DNA of 64,000 nucleotides from Spirochaetia bacterium (GCA_030041455.1 JASHNV010000119.1:19787-83786), one strand, 5' to 3'. Positions 50,066 through 59,976 are shown, counted from the first letter of the stretch. The notes: generated from the sequence alone by a model not told the origin. Numbers and translations: made by a program.

Positions 50066-52311
50066 GGCCCGGGATCGAGCCTCGCGCGCTGCAGGGCGAA
50101 GGAGCTCGCGATCACGGTGATCGAGCTGAGCGCCATCGCCGCCTCGGCAAGGACCGGGTGCAGCAGGCCGAGCGCCGCGGCGGGAACGCAGACGAGGTTA
50201 TAGAGCGCCGCCCAGAGCAGGTTCCGCTTGATCGTGCGGAGCGTCGCGCGGCTCAGGCGCACGGCCTTCGCGACGGCGCTCAAGGAGGCCTGAGCGAGCA
50301 CGATGTCGCCGGCCTCAACGGCGATGTCCGCTCCGGTCGCGAGCGCCATGCCGACGTCGGCCTGCGCGAGCGCGGGGGCGTCGTTGACGCCGTCGCCGAC
50401 CATCGCGACGAGCCTCCCCGCCTCCTGGAGGCGCTTCACCTCCTCGGCCTTGTCCCCGGGAAGAAGTCCGGCCGAGATCCGCTCAATTCCGACCTCGCAC
50501 GCGATCGAGCGGGCGGAGCGAACGCCGTCTCCGGTGAGCATCACCGGCTCGATGCCGAGCGCCTTGAGCTCCTCGATCGCGCGAGCGGCACCGGGTCTCA
50601 CCCGGTCCGCGACCGCGATGAGGCCTGAGAGCGCGCCGTCGAGCGCGACGAGCGCGACGGTCTTTCCCTGCGACTCGGCTCGCGCGCGTTCGCTCGCCTG
50701 CGCGGAGGAGACCGGCACGCCCTCCTCGGCGAGGAGCGCCGAGCCCCCGACGAGCATCGCCCGTCCCTCCACGACCGCGCGGACCCCCCTGCCCGGGATC
50801 GCCGCGAAACGCGTGGGCGCGGACAGCTCCGCGCCGGCCTCGCGCGCGTGCTCCCGGACGGCGCGCCCGATCGGGTGCTCCGAGCCCCGCTCGGCGGAGG
50901 CCGCGAGGCGAAGGAGCTCGGAGGCCGGCTCGACGCCGAGCGGCACCACGTCGGTCACGCGGGGCGCCCCCTCGGTGATGGTGCCGGTCTTGTCGAAGAC
51001 GACCGTCGTCACGTCCCTCAACGTCTGGAGCGCCGCTCCGCGCCTGAGGAGGATTCCGTTCCGAGCGCCGAGCGCCGTCCCCGCCACGAGCGCCGTGGGG
51101 GTCGCGAGAGCGAGCGCGCAGGGGCACGCGATGACGAGCACGGCGATCGCCGCGAACAGAGCGCGCGAGGACGACCCCGCGGCGCCCGCCCACGGCACGA
51201 AGGCGGCCGCGCGCTCCGCCGCCGCTCCCATGACCGAAGGGGCCGAGAGCCACGCGACAAGCGTGCCGAGCGCAAGGAGGAAGATCCCGGGAACGAACAG
51301 CGCGACGACCCGGTCGGCGAAGCGCTGGACCGGGACCTTCGAGCCCTGCGCCTCCTCGATGAGCCCCGCCACCCGGGCGAGGAAGGTGTCCTCCCCGACC
51401 TTCGTGACCCGTATCTTCAGAAAGCCGTCCAAGCTCATCGTCGAGCCGATCACCGCGTCGCCCGGCCGCTTCGCGATCGGCATCGGCTCCCCCGTCGCCA
51501 CCGATTCGTCGACCGCCCCTCCCCCCTCGACGATCACGCCGTCGAGGGGAATCCGGGAGCCCGGCCTTGCGATCACGACGTCGCCGGGGACGACCTCCTC
51601 GATCGGGAGCGTGAGCTCCGCTCCGTCGCGCTCGACGAGCGCCTCGCGGACCCGTACCGTCGAGAGCCGTCCGATCGCCCGGGAGGCGCGGCGCCTCGCG
51701 AGGGTCTCGATCGAGCGGCCGGTGAGGAAGACCGCCATGATCATTCCCGAAATGTCGGCGAAGCCCTCGAAGCCCGATCCGATCCCGAGGAAGCGGAGAA
51801 GCGCCGGCGCTCCGGAGGCGAGGGAGACGAGGGTACCGATCGCGACGAGGGAGTTCATGTCCGGGGCACGACGCGCGATCGAGCGAAGCCCGCCCAAGAG
51901 CGTCGGCCGGCCGCACGTCGAAAGGACGAGCGCGCTCGAGGCGAAGGCGACGAGACCGTACCACGCCGCTGGAACGATCTCCGCGCCGACCAACATCCGC
52001 GCGGCCATCAGGACGACGAGCGGCGTCGTCAGGGCCCAGGCGACGAGGGCCCGCCGCGCCTCGGCGCGGTCGGCTCCGGCGAGGGGCTCCGAGCCGCCCG
52101 AGCGCGCCGTATAGCCTGCGCGGTCGACCGCCCGCATGAGATCCCGCACGTCCGCCGTTCCGGGATCGAAGCGGACGAGCGCGCGCTCCGTCGCGAGGTT
52201 CACGCTCGCCCGCGAGACGCCGCTCACCCCGGCAAGCGCTTTTTCCACCGTGGCCGCGCAGCTTGCGCAGTGCATGCCCTCGATCCTGAGCGTCTCGACC
52301 TCCTCCGCCAT
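50005..52311 (-). CDS. copA: Cu(I)-translocating P1B-type ATPase
   Basis: GMHCASC, TGE, CPC, DKTGT, SEHP, GDGVND, YN and MALSS motifs. Confidence 0.95.
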   Translation of the reverse strand: MAEEVETLRIEGMHCASCAATVEKALAGVSGVSRASVNLATERALVRFDPGTADVRDLMRAVDRAGYTARSGGSEPLAGADRAEARRALVAWALTTPLVVLMAARMLVGAEIVPAAWYGLVAFASSALVLSTCGRPTLLGGLRSIARRAPDMNSLVAIGTLVSLASGAPALLRFLGIGSGFEGFADISGMIMAVFLTGRSIETLARRRASRAIGRLSTVRVREALVERDGAELTLPIEEVVPGDVVIARPGSRIPLDGVIVEGGGAVDESVATGEPMPIAKRPGDAVIGSTMSLDGFLKIRVTKVGEDTFLARVAGLIEEAQGSKVPVQRFADRVVALFVPGIFLLALGTLVAWLSAPSVMGAAAERAAAFVPWAGAAGSSSRALFAAIAVLVIACPCALALATPTALVAGTALGARNGILLRRGAALQTLRDVTTVVFDKTGTITEGAPRVTDVVPLGVEPASELLRLAASAERGSEHPIGRAVREHAREAGAELSAPTRFAAIPGRGVRAVVEGRAMLVGGSALLAEEGVPVSSAQASERARAESQGKTVALVALDGALSGLIAVADRVRPGAARAIEELKALGIEPVMLTGDGVRSARSIACEVGIERISAGLLPGDKAEEVKRLQEAGRLVAMVGDGVNDAPALAQADVGMALATGADIAVEAGDIVLAQASLSAVAKAVRLSRATLRTIKRNLLWAALYNLVCVPAAALGLLHPVLAEAAMALSSITVIASSFALQRARLDPGPQYLKAELPMNSRRIESSGT

Positions 52312-52339
52312 ACCCCACCTCCTTTCCCAGGCCTGCGCT

Positions 52340-52621
52340 TTAGCCGCGCTTACGAAACCTCGAGAGCACCGCCATCACCTCGTCGATCTTCTGCTCTTTC
52401 AGCCGGGGCTCGTCGCCTCGCATCGCCTCGGCGACGCAGGTCTGGAGGTGATGCTCGAGCACGAGATCCTCCACCCCGCGCAGCGCCGACACGACCGACG
52501 CTGTCTGGGTGAGGATATCGATGCAGTACCGCTCTTCGCCGATCATCTTGGCGATCCCGCGGATCTGCCCCTCGATCCTCCCGACCCGGCTCAGAATGCT
52601 CGCCTTGTGCGCCTCGTCCAT
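52340..52621 (-). CDS. csoR: CsoR family copper-sensing repressor
   Basis: RIEGQIRGI, YC.DIL.Q and HHLQTC motifs. Confidence 0.93.
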   Translation of the reverse strand: MDEAHKASILSRVGRIEGQIRGIAKMIGEERYCIDILTQTASVVSALRGVEDLVLEHHLQTCVAEAMRGDEPRLKEQKIDEVMAVLSRFRKRG

Positions 52622-52638
52622 CTGGTTCCTCCTTGCTC

Positions 52639-52668
52639 AATATACCCTACCCCCCTATGGTATGTCAA
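52639..52668 (-). promoter_or_regulatory. csoR-copA promoter overlapping a CsoR operator
   Basis: TTGACA-18nt-TATATT. The spacer carries ATACC...GGTAT around a G/C tract (ATACCCTACCCCCCTATGGTAT). Confidence 0.85.
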
Positions 52669-52862
52669 GGATTCCGCGCGGAAGGACGGGCGCCCGTGGC
52701 CGCCCGTCCACGAAGACGCATCCAGGAGCCTTCGTGCGGAAGACGCCCGCGATAGGACCCGTCCGCCCGATCGGGAGGGGTTCCCCGCCGACCGACGGCG
52801 GGAACGGCCGCGCAGTCGCCCGTCGAGCTGTCATGCGTCACGAAATCCGGTAGAATGCCGGG

Positions 52863-54539
52863 GTGGACAGCCTCACGAACGCGGTGAGCTTGCTCTACCC
52901 TGACGGGACCCCGGCGGCGGGCGAGCGGCTTTCCGAGCGGTGCGTCTCCGATCTCTCCCTCGGCGACATCGCGAGCGCGATCGCCTCGGAGGGCATCGGC
53001 AGGGACGAGGTGCTCGCGATTCTCACCCGCCTGTGCACCGACCCCCGCGTGATCGAGTACCGGCAGGCGACCATCGAGGAGCTCACCGCCGCGCCCGATC
53101 TCGTGGCGGGGCTCAAGAAGGCGCTGCCGAAAATCGCGGAGCTCGGCTGGTATGCGGACTCCCACCGCGTCGAAGGGAGCCCGCTCAAGCAGGCGGTCTG
53201 GCGCCTCGGCGAGCTCGAGCTCTACGTCGACTGCCTGAACGGTCTTCACGATCTCTTCGCGAAGCGCTCCGGCGCGATCGAGTCGCCGGGGCTTCGGCGC
53301 CTTCTCGATGCGGTCGAGGAGAGGCGCGGACGGCCGGCCTTCGCGTCGCTCAGCCGCGAGCTCCCCAAGCTCGCGGAGGGCCTTCGAAAGCGCAAGAGCG
53401 TCACCGTGGGGATCAACCTCGACGAGCGCTTGAGGCCCGTGGAAGCGGCGCTCCTCTCGGTGAACGAGCGCCCCTTCTCGCAGCAGTCCCTCATCGACCG
53501 GCTCCTCGGGAAGCAAGCCGAGTCGGAGCGCTTCGAGTCGGCCGTCCCGCTCCGCCAGACCCCGAGACCGGCGAACGCCGAGCTCTATCCGACCGGCGCC
53601 TTTCCGCTCGCCCCGCTCTTCCAGGACCTCGATCGGATGCTCAGCTCGCTCACGCGGCCGCTCGCGGCGGCGCTCCGCACGTACATCCAGGTGAATACGA
53701 GCTTTCTCCAGGAGCTTCGCCCCGAGATCGCCTTCTTCATCGGGGCGGCCGATCTGCTCGGCCGCCTCAAGGCCGCCGGGCTCCCGCTCTGCCGGCCGGA
53801 GATCCTCGATCGGGAGGCGCGGGAAACCCTGTTCCGCGGGTTTTACAACCTCCCGCTCGCGCTCCACATGCTCGAAGAGGGAGCCACGGACCTCCGGGAG
53901 CGCGTGGTGACCAACGACGTCGATTTCGGCGAGCGCGGGCGCATCTTCATTCTCACCGGACCCAACCAGGGCGGCAAGACGACCTTCACCCAGGGGGTCG
54001 GGATCGCGCAGGTCTTCTCCCAGGTCGGGCTCCTCGCGCCGGCGCAGTCCGCCGGGATCAGCCCGGCCGACCTCGTCATCACGCACTTTCCGATCGAGGA
54101 GAAAGGCACCTTCGATCAAGGGCGACTCGCGGAGGAGGCGGCCCGGCTCTCCGCGCTGTTCGCGGAGGTAACCCGCCACAGCCTCATCCTGCTGAACGAG
54201 TCCCTGTCGAGCACGAGCCCCGGGGAGAGCCTCTACCTCGCCGAGGACATCGTGAGCGCGCTCAGGCTCCTCGGAACGAGGGCGATTTTCGCGACGCACC
54301 TCCACGAGCTCGCCTACCGGATCGACGAGATCAACCGAAACGTCGCGGGAGCGAGCAGCCTCGCGAGCCTCGTCGCCGAGGCGGACGCGACGGGAAACGG
54401 CTCGCACGGCGCGCAGAGGACCTTTCGGATCGCGGCGGGGCCCCCGATCGGAAAGAGCTACGCGCGCGACATCGCCGAGCGCTTCGGCATCAGCCTCGCG
54501 AGCATCTCGGCGAAGCTGAAGGCCCGCAAGGTGCTGTGA
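52863..54539 (+). CDS. MutS-related ATPase (domain V type)
   Basis: ILTGPNQGGKTT, THF, LLNES.SSTS..E and IFATHLHEL motifs. Confidence 0.88.
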   Translation: MDSLTNAVSLLYPDGTPAAGERLSERCVSDLSLGDIASAIASEGIGRDEVLAILTRLCTDPRVIEYRQATIEELTAAPDLVAGLKKALPKIAELGWYADSHRVEGSPLKQAVWRLGELELYVDCLNGLHDLFAKRSGAIESPGLRRLLDAVEERRGRPAFASLSRELPKLAEGLRKRKSVTVGINLDERLRPVEAALLSVNERPFSQQSLIDRLLGKQAESERFESAVPLRQTPRPANAELYPTGAFPLAPLFQDLDRMLSSLTRPLAAALRTYIQVNTSFLQELRPEIAFFIGAADLLGRLKAAGLPLCRPEILDREARETLFRGFYNLPLALHMLEEGATDLRERVVTNDVDFGERGRIFILTGPNQGGKTTFTQGVGIAQVFSQVGLLAPAQSAGISPADLVITHFPIEEKGTFDQGRLAEEAARLSALFAEVTRHSLILLNESLSSTSPGESLYLAEDIVSALRLLGTRAIFATHLHELAYRIDEINRNVAGASSLASLVAEADATGNGSHGAQRTFRIAAGPPIGKSYARDIAERFGISLASISAKLKARKVL

Positions 54540-54664
54540 GACGCTCCGCGCACGAGACCGGGACAACGGTCGCTCTTATCTCCAAAATATCCACCAGATC
54601 GCGGGGATTGACGGGCTATGGAAACACGGCAGGGGGAGCGGGGCGAACATCGGTTCCTTGGGGG

Positions 54665-54790
54665 GCATAAAAATGCCCCCGGAAAAAAGGAGGTAAAACT
54701 CCGGGGGCGATGGGTGATTCAGAAAAGAACAGGTGAAGGAGAGCGTTTTTGGCCGCAGGCCGAGGCCCGCGTCCGCTCCCCCTCGCTTAT
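54665..54790 (-). ncRNA. Candidate small regulatory RNA (~125 nt)
   Basis: 5' hairpin, pyrimidine-rich linker and terminator hairpin with an anti-SD loop. A-C mismatches on the plus strand become G-U pairs on the minus strand. Confidence 0.55.
54669..54708 (-). terminator. Intrinsic terminator
   Basis: 9-bp stem GCCCCCGGA/TCCGGGGGC, 16-nt loop, then AUUUUU on the minus strand. Confidence 0.7.
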
Positions 54791-54798
54791 GGGGAAAT

Positions 54799-54824
54799 AA
54801 CACCGCTCCGCCTGAATGGTTACA
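54799..54824 (-). promoter_or_regulatory. ECF-sigma-like promoter
   Basis: TGTAAC-16nt-TGTT on the minus strand. Confidence 0.45.
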
Positions 54825-54896
54825 GCCGTCGGGCCCTTTGTTCCCGGCTCTCTCTCCTCGCCTGCTCCGCGCCTCCCGAGAGCGCGCGGGCCTCGC

Positions 54897-55691
54897 TCAC
54901 GCGCCGTCAATCACCTCGGTTCTCGCGAGCCTCCGGTAGCCGGCCGTCCACATGACCGGCCCGAGCAGCGCCCAATAGACCACCTGCACGACGATGAAGA
55001 GGGTATGCGCCGCGGATTCCATCTTTCCCCGGACGGCGATGAAGGTATTCCATCCGCCGATCGTGACCGTCCCGGCCGACTGACCGAAGGCGATCGCCTC
55101 CACGACGGTCGCGAGGATCCAGAGGAGGAGGAACGCGCCGCTCACCGCGAGAACGCTCTTCATGAAATGGTTGCGCTTGAAGAAGATCGCTCCGAAGACG
55201 AACAGCGACTGAACGACGACGTAGTCCGCGGCCGCGAGCCAGACCTTGCCGGTGAGCGGATCGAACAGCACCATGAACTCCCCGACGATCACCTTCGCGA
55301 GGAGCGAGGCGAGGAGGCTGAACAGAAAGTAGTAGGCGATCGTACCCACGGCCCAGCCGACGGTCGCGAGGAGCACGCGCACGAGGAACTTCTCGAAAAG
55401 CTGGGTCGGAAGCATGAACCACTCGGCGTTTCTCGCCTTCGTGTGGATCTCGACGAACGAGCGGCTCGACAGGAAGAGCCCGCCCCCGAAAAGCAACAGC
55501 ACGAACGGCGTCATGTGCACCGTCGCCGTCGCGGCGCTCACCGTGCCCGCGTCGTCGCGGAAGCCCGAGAGGTCGCGGAGGCAATAGACGACGAACAGGA
55601 CTCCGGTGACGGCTCCGATCGGCGCGAGGAACGTCCGATATCCCTCTTCGATGTCCTTGCGCAGGAGTCCGAGAATCCCCGATCCGCTCAT
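54897..55691 (-). CDS. ABC-2-type membrane protein
   Basis: ATG at 55691 overlaps the ATPase stop. About six TM helices and a MLPT...EKF motif. Confidence 0.85.
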   Translation of the reverse strand: MSGSGILGLLRKDIEEGYRTFLAPIGAVTGVLFVVYCLRDLSGFRDDAGTVSAATATVHMTPFVLLLFGGGLFLSSRSFVEIHTKARNAEWFMLPTQLFEKFLVRVLLATVGWAVGTIAYYFLFSLLASLLAKVIVGEFMVLFDPLTGKVWLAAADYVVVQSLFVFGAIFFKRNHFMKSVLAVSGAFLLLWILATVVEAIAFGQSAGTVTIGGWNTFIAVRGKMESAAHTLFIVVQVVYWALLGPVMWTAGYRRLARTEVIDGA

Positions 55692-56545
55692 CGCTTCTCC
55701 TCCCCGGCGGGAGAGCCGAGGAGCTCTTCGCCCCGCCCGCCGCGCGCTATCGTCATGTTGAACAGCGTCTCCAGATCGATCGCCGGCTCGTCGGCGTCGC
55801 GCCGCTCGGTGACGACCGCGTAGCCCCCGACGACCTTCTCGACGTAGAGCGCTCGAGCGGGATCGGGCTCCTGCGCCGAGAGGCGCATGGCGAAGCGGCC
55901 GGCCGCGCCGCGGAGATCCCTGCTGAGGATGACCCGACCTCCGTCCACGATGATGATCGACTCGAGGAGGCCCTCCATGTCCCTCACCTGGTGGGTCGAT
56001 ATCAGGAAGGTGCGCTTGTCGCGCGACGCCGAGGCGATGAGGCGCCTCAGCTGACTCTTCGAGGGAATGTCGAGGCCGTTGGTCGGCTCGTCGAGAATGA
56101 CGAGGCGGCACCCCGAGGCGAGCGCGAAGGCGAGGAGGAACTTTCTCTTTTGACCGTAGGAGAGGGTCGCGAGCCGTTCCCGGTCGTCGACTTCCAGCTC
56201 CCGCAGGCAGCGCTTGAGCTCGTCCGGGTCGAACAGGGGGTAGAATCGCCCGTAGAGATCGGCGTAGCTCGCCGCGTCGAGGCGCGGGAGGTAGAGCTCC
56301 TCAGGCACGTAGTAGATCTGCTTGAGGAGCTCGGGGGAGCGGCGTCGGGGATTCTCGTCGAGCACGGTGCATGCGCCCGCGCGCGGAAAGAGCAGCCCGC
56401 AGATCAGCTTGAGCAGCGTGGTCTTTCCGGCGCCGTTCTTGCCGAGAAGCCCGTAGATGACCCCGTCCGACAGATCGAGATCGAGACCCGTGAACAACGG
56501 CGGCTTGCGCCGGTACGCGAAGCCGAGCCCCCGGATTGCAACCAT
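55688..56545 (-). CDS. ABC transporter ATP-binding protein
   Basis: ATG at 56545. GKNGAGKTT, LSYGQ, DEPTNGLD and ISTH motifs. Confidence 0.93.
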   Translation of the reverse strand: MVAIRGLGFAYRRKPPLFTGLDLDLSDGVIYGLLGKNGAGKTTLLKLICGLLFPRAGACTVLDENPRRRSPELLKQIYYVPEELYLPRLDAASYADLYGRFYPLFDPDELKRCLRELEVDDRERLATLSYGQKRKFLLAFALASGCRLVILDEPTNGLDIPSKSQLRRLIASASRDKRTFLISTHQVRDMEGLLESIIIVDGGRVILSRDLRGAAGRFAMRLSAQEPDPARALYVEKVVGGYAVVTERRDADEPAIDLETLFNMTIARGGRGEELLGSPAGEEKR

Positions 56546-56709
56546 GCGTTCCCTCGCTCGCCCGCGGCGCTGCGCGAGCTTGTGCGCTAAGCGTACCACA
56601 TTCGGCCGAACAATCAAGTTCGCGCTCCGCACGCCGCTTTCCGGTTGACGATCCGCCGGGATGCGTCTACCTTTGACGCAGTTCGCATCCAAAAAAAGAG
56701 GAGAGCGCC

Positions 56710-57660
56710 ATGAAAAAGAGGTATGGCGGGCTCGCGGCACTCGTCGCGGCCGGGCTGCTGCTGCTCGGACCCGCCGCGTGGGCGGCGGGATCCCACGAGG
56801 CGGCGAAAGGTCCGATCGTGGTGGCCTCGAAGATCGACACCGAAGGCGGCGTGATCGGCGAGATGATCGTGCTCATGCTGAGGGACCACGGCTTCAAGGT
56901 CGTCGACAAAACCGAGTTCGGACCGACCGACGTCATTCGCAAGGCGATCATGAGCGGGGAAATCGACATCTATCCCGAATACACGGGGAACGGCGCCTTC
57001 TTCTTCCAGGGCGTCGATCCGGACATCTGGAAGGATCCGGCGAAGGGCTATGCGGAGGTCAAGCAGCTCGATTTCCAGAAAAACGGGATCGTGTGGCTTT
57101 CCCCCGCTCCCGCGAACAACACCTGGGCGATCGCCGTGCGAAAGGATCTCGCCGACGCGAAGGGACTGAAGAGCCTCGACGATCTCGCCGGGTACCTGAG
57201 CGGCGGCGGCGCCTTCAAGCTTGCTGCCTCCGAGGAGTTCGTGTCGCGTCCCGACGTTCTTCCCGCCTTCGAGCAGGCCTACGGCTTCAGCCTGACGAGC
57301 GATCAGCTGCTCGTGGTGTCCGGCGGAAACACGGCGCAGACCGAGAAGGCCGCCGCCGACGGGACCAACGGCGTGAACGCCGCCATGGCGTACGGCACCG
57401 ACGGCGCCCTCGCCGCGCTCGGGCTCGTGGTGCTCGCCGACTCGAAGGAGGTCGAGCCGGTCTACGAGCCGGCGCCGATCGTCCGCGGCGCGGTCTATGC
57501 CGAGTACCCCGAAATCGCGGGGATCCTCGCGCCGGTGTTCGCCTCCCTCAGCCTCCAGACGCTCCAGGGTCTGAACGCGAAGGTCGCGATCGGCGGCGCG
57601 GAAGCGAGCGCCGTCGCCGAGGCCTATCTGAAGGCGAACGGCTTCCTCGGCGCCAAGTAG
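56710..57660 (+). CDS. osmF: Osmoprotectant ABC transporter substrate-binding protein
   Basis: VASKIDTEG, DIYPEYTGNG, ANNTW and AYGTDG motifs. Confidence 0.92.
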   Translation: MKKRYGGLAALVAAGLLLLGPAAWAAGSHEAAKGPIVVASKIDTEGGVIGEMIVLMLRDHGFKVVDKTEFGPTDVIRKAIMSGEIDIYPEYTGNGAFFFQGVDPDIWKDPAKGYAEVKQLDFQKNGIVWLSPAPANNTWAIAVRKDLADAKGLKSLDDLAGYLSGGGAFKLAASEEFVSRPDVLPAFEQAYGFSLTSDQLLVVSGGNTAQTEKAAADGTNGVNAAMAYGTDGALAALGLVVLADSKEVEPVYEPAPIVRGAVYAEYPEIAGILAPVFASLSLQTLQGLNAKVAIGGAEASAVAEAYLKANGFLGAK

Positions 57661-57709
57661 CCTCCCGAGCTCGCATGGAAGATCTCAGGCGACGGGCGGA
57701 CCGGCCGAC

Positions 57710-58888
57710 GTGAGCGGGCCGCGCTCCGACCGGGTGTCGCTCTTCGCCGCGGCGGTCGGCCTCCTCGCGGCGCTCTTCCCTTTCCTGATCGTGAGGCCGA
57801 ATCGGATCGCCTCCGGGATCCCCTACCACGTGTGGGCCGCGTTTCTTCCCGCGGAGACGCTCGCCTATGCGGCGCTCCTCCTCGCGGCGGTCGCGATCGC
57901 GCTTCGCGCGGGCGATCGGTCGTGGGGCGGGGTGGCGCTCGGCGTCGCGGGCAACCTCCTCATCGTCCTCGTCGTTCTTGCGTGCGCGGAGCGGGCGGCG
58001 GGCCTGAGGCCGGCGGACGGCGCCTTCGCCCGCGTCTCCCTCGCTCCGGGAAGCTGGCTTGCCGCGCTCTCAGGCTACCTCCTCATCCTCGCGTCCTACC
58101 GCCGCGCTCCCGGCGCCTATCGGATCCTCGTGGGCGGCCTCGCCGTCGCGCTCCTCGCGGCGCTCGCCTCCGCCGGGGCTCTCAACGGTCTTTCGCTCGT
58201 TCAAGAGTACCTTGCGAGGCGCGATCGCTTCGCCGACCAGCTCGGCTACCACGTGGCGCTCTCGCTTGCCGCCACCGCGATCGCGACCGTCCTCGGCGTC
58301 CCGCTCGGCGTCTGGGCCTTCAGGCGGAAAAGCTCCGAGCGGTCCATCTTCCTCTTCGTCAACACCGTCCAGACGATCCCGAGCCTCGCGCTCTTCGGCC
58401 TCCTGATCGCGCCGCTCGCCTATCTCGCCCACGCCTCGCCGTTCCTCCGCGACCTCGGCGTCTCGGGGATCGGAACGACGCCCGCCGTGATCGCGCTCAC
58501 GCTCTACGCGCTCCTTCCGATCGTCCGAAACACCCACGCGAGCCTGCGGGTGATCGACCCCGGCGCGATGGCGGCGGGGAGCGGCATGGGGATGAGCAGG
58601 GCTCAGCTCCTCGCCTCCGTGCAGCTCCCCCTCGCCCTTCCCGTCATCCTCTCGGGCGTTCGGACCTCCCTCGTCCAAGCCATCGGGAACACGACGATCG
58701 CCGCGCTGATCGGAGCGGGCGGCTTCGGCGTCTTCATCTTCCAGGGCCTCGGCCAAGGGGCCCCCGACTTGATTCTCCTCGGCACCATTCCGGTGATTCT
58801 GCTCGCGCTCGCCGCCGACCGGGCCGCGAGCGCGATCATCTGGATCGTCACGCCGCGAGGCGTGCGCGCCGCCGGGAGGGACGCGTGA
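57710..58888 (+). CDS. yehY: Osmoprotectant ABC transporter permease (YehY-like)
   Basis: PNRIASG, QTIPSLALFGLLI and GMGMS motifs. Confidence 0.88.
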   Translation: MSGPRSDRVSLFAAAVGLLAALFPFLIVRPNRIASGIPYHVWAAFLPAETLAYAALLLAAVAIALRAGDRSWGGVALGVAGNLLIVLVVLACAERAAGLRPADGAFARVSLAPGSWLAALSGYLLILASYRRAPGAYRILVGGLAVALLAALASAGALNGLSLVQEYLARRDRFADQLGYHVALSLAATAIATVLGVPLGVWAFRRKSSERSIFLFVNTVQTIPSLALFGLLIAPLAYLAHASPFLRDLGVSGIGTTPAVIALTLYALLPIVRNTHASLRVIDPGAMAAGSGMGMSRAQLLASVQLPLALPVILSGVRTSLVQAIGNTTIAALIGAGGFGVFIFQGLGQGAPDLILLGTIPVILLALAADRAASAIIWIVTPRGVRAAGRDA

Positions 58889-59976
58889 TCGAGCTCGAGG
58901 GGGTCACGAAGCGCTACGGCGACGTCGTGGCGGTCGAGGATCTCTCGTTCTCGGTCGCCGACGGGGAGGTCTGCGTCCTGATCGGGCCGTCGGGCTGCGG
59001 GAAGTCGACGACGATCAAGATGATCAACCGCGTGATCGAGCCGAGCTCGGGGAGGATCCTCATCGACGGGAAGCCCGCGGGCGGCGAGCGGCCCGAGGTC
59101 CTGCGGAGGCGGATCGGCTACGTCATCCAGAGCATCGGACTTTTTCCCCACATGAGCGTCGCCGAGAACATCGCGGTCGTCCCGAAGCTCCTGCGCTGGG
59201 ACGCCGCGCGGATCCGCTTCCGGGTCGACGAGCTCCTCGCCCTGATCGGCTTGAATCCCGAGAGCTACCGCGGGAAATACCCGCGGGATCTCTCAGGCGG
59301 CGAGGCGCAGCGGATCGGCGTCGCGCGGGCGCTCGCCGCCGACCCCCCGCTCCTCCTCATGGACGAGCCGTTCGGCGCGGTCGACCCCCTCGGCAGGCTC
59401 GGCCTCCAGAGCGAGTTCCTCAAGATCCAGCGCCGCCTGCGCAAGACCGTGATCTTCGTCACCCACGACCTCGACGAGGCGATCCGCATCGCCGACAGGA
59501 TCGTCCTGCTCGACCGCGGAAGGCTCGTTCAGGAGGACACCCCCGAGCGGCTCCTCTCGGAGCCCCGGAACGGCTTCGTGAAGAGCTTCGTCGGCACCGA
59601 CCGCGCGCTGAAGCGGCTTTCGAGGTTCCTCGTCGCCGATCACCTTCGCCCGGCGCGCTCGCTCTCCGTCGACGACCCGGAGCTCGCCTCCCGCGCCGGA
59701 GCGCTGAAGGAGGAGGGAGCGCGCTTCGCGTGGATCTCCGACCGAGCCGGCAGGCTCTTCGGGTGGCTCGATCTCGCCGAGGCGCTCGGCGACCCCACGC
59801 GCTCCCTGACGCGCGCGGCGCCCTCCGAGACCGGAGTCCTCCCGACCGACAGCCTGCGCGACGCCCTGTCGAGGATGCTCGGCCAGGGGATCACGGTGGT
59901 TCCCGTCGTGGACGACGACGGAAGGCTCGTAGGCGAGCTCTCGCTCGCCGACGTCGAGCGGCTCACCGAGGTTTGA
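58885..59976 (+). CDS. yehX: Osmoprotectant ABC transporter ATPase with CBS domains
   Basis: GTG at 58885. GPSGCGKST, LSGGEAQR and DEPFGAVDP motifs. Confidence 0.92.
   Translation: MIELEGVTKRYGDVVAVEDLSFSVADGEVCVLIGPSGCGKSTTIKMINRVIEPSSGRILIDGKPAGGERPEVLRRRIGYVIQSIGLFPHMSVAENIAVVPKLLRWDAARIRFRVDELLALIGLNPESYRGKYPRDLSGGEAQRIGVARALAADPPLLLMDEPFGAVDPLGRLGLQSEFLKIQRRLRKTVIFVTHDLDEAIRIADRIVLLDRGRLVQEDTPERLLSEPRNGFVKSFVGTDRALKRLSRFLVADHLRPARSLSVDDPELASRAGALKEEGARFAWISDRAGRLFGWLDLAEALGDPTRSLTRAAPSETGVLPTDSLRDALSRMLGQGITVVPVVDDDGRLVGELSLADVERLTEV

Noticed and set aside
54618-54800. Small ORFs and the plus-strand AAGGAGGT as a type I toxin gene or RBS
   Set aside because: There is no start codon at SD spacing, and the peptides are neither hydrophobic nor protein-like.
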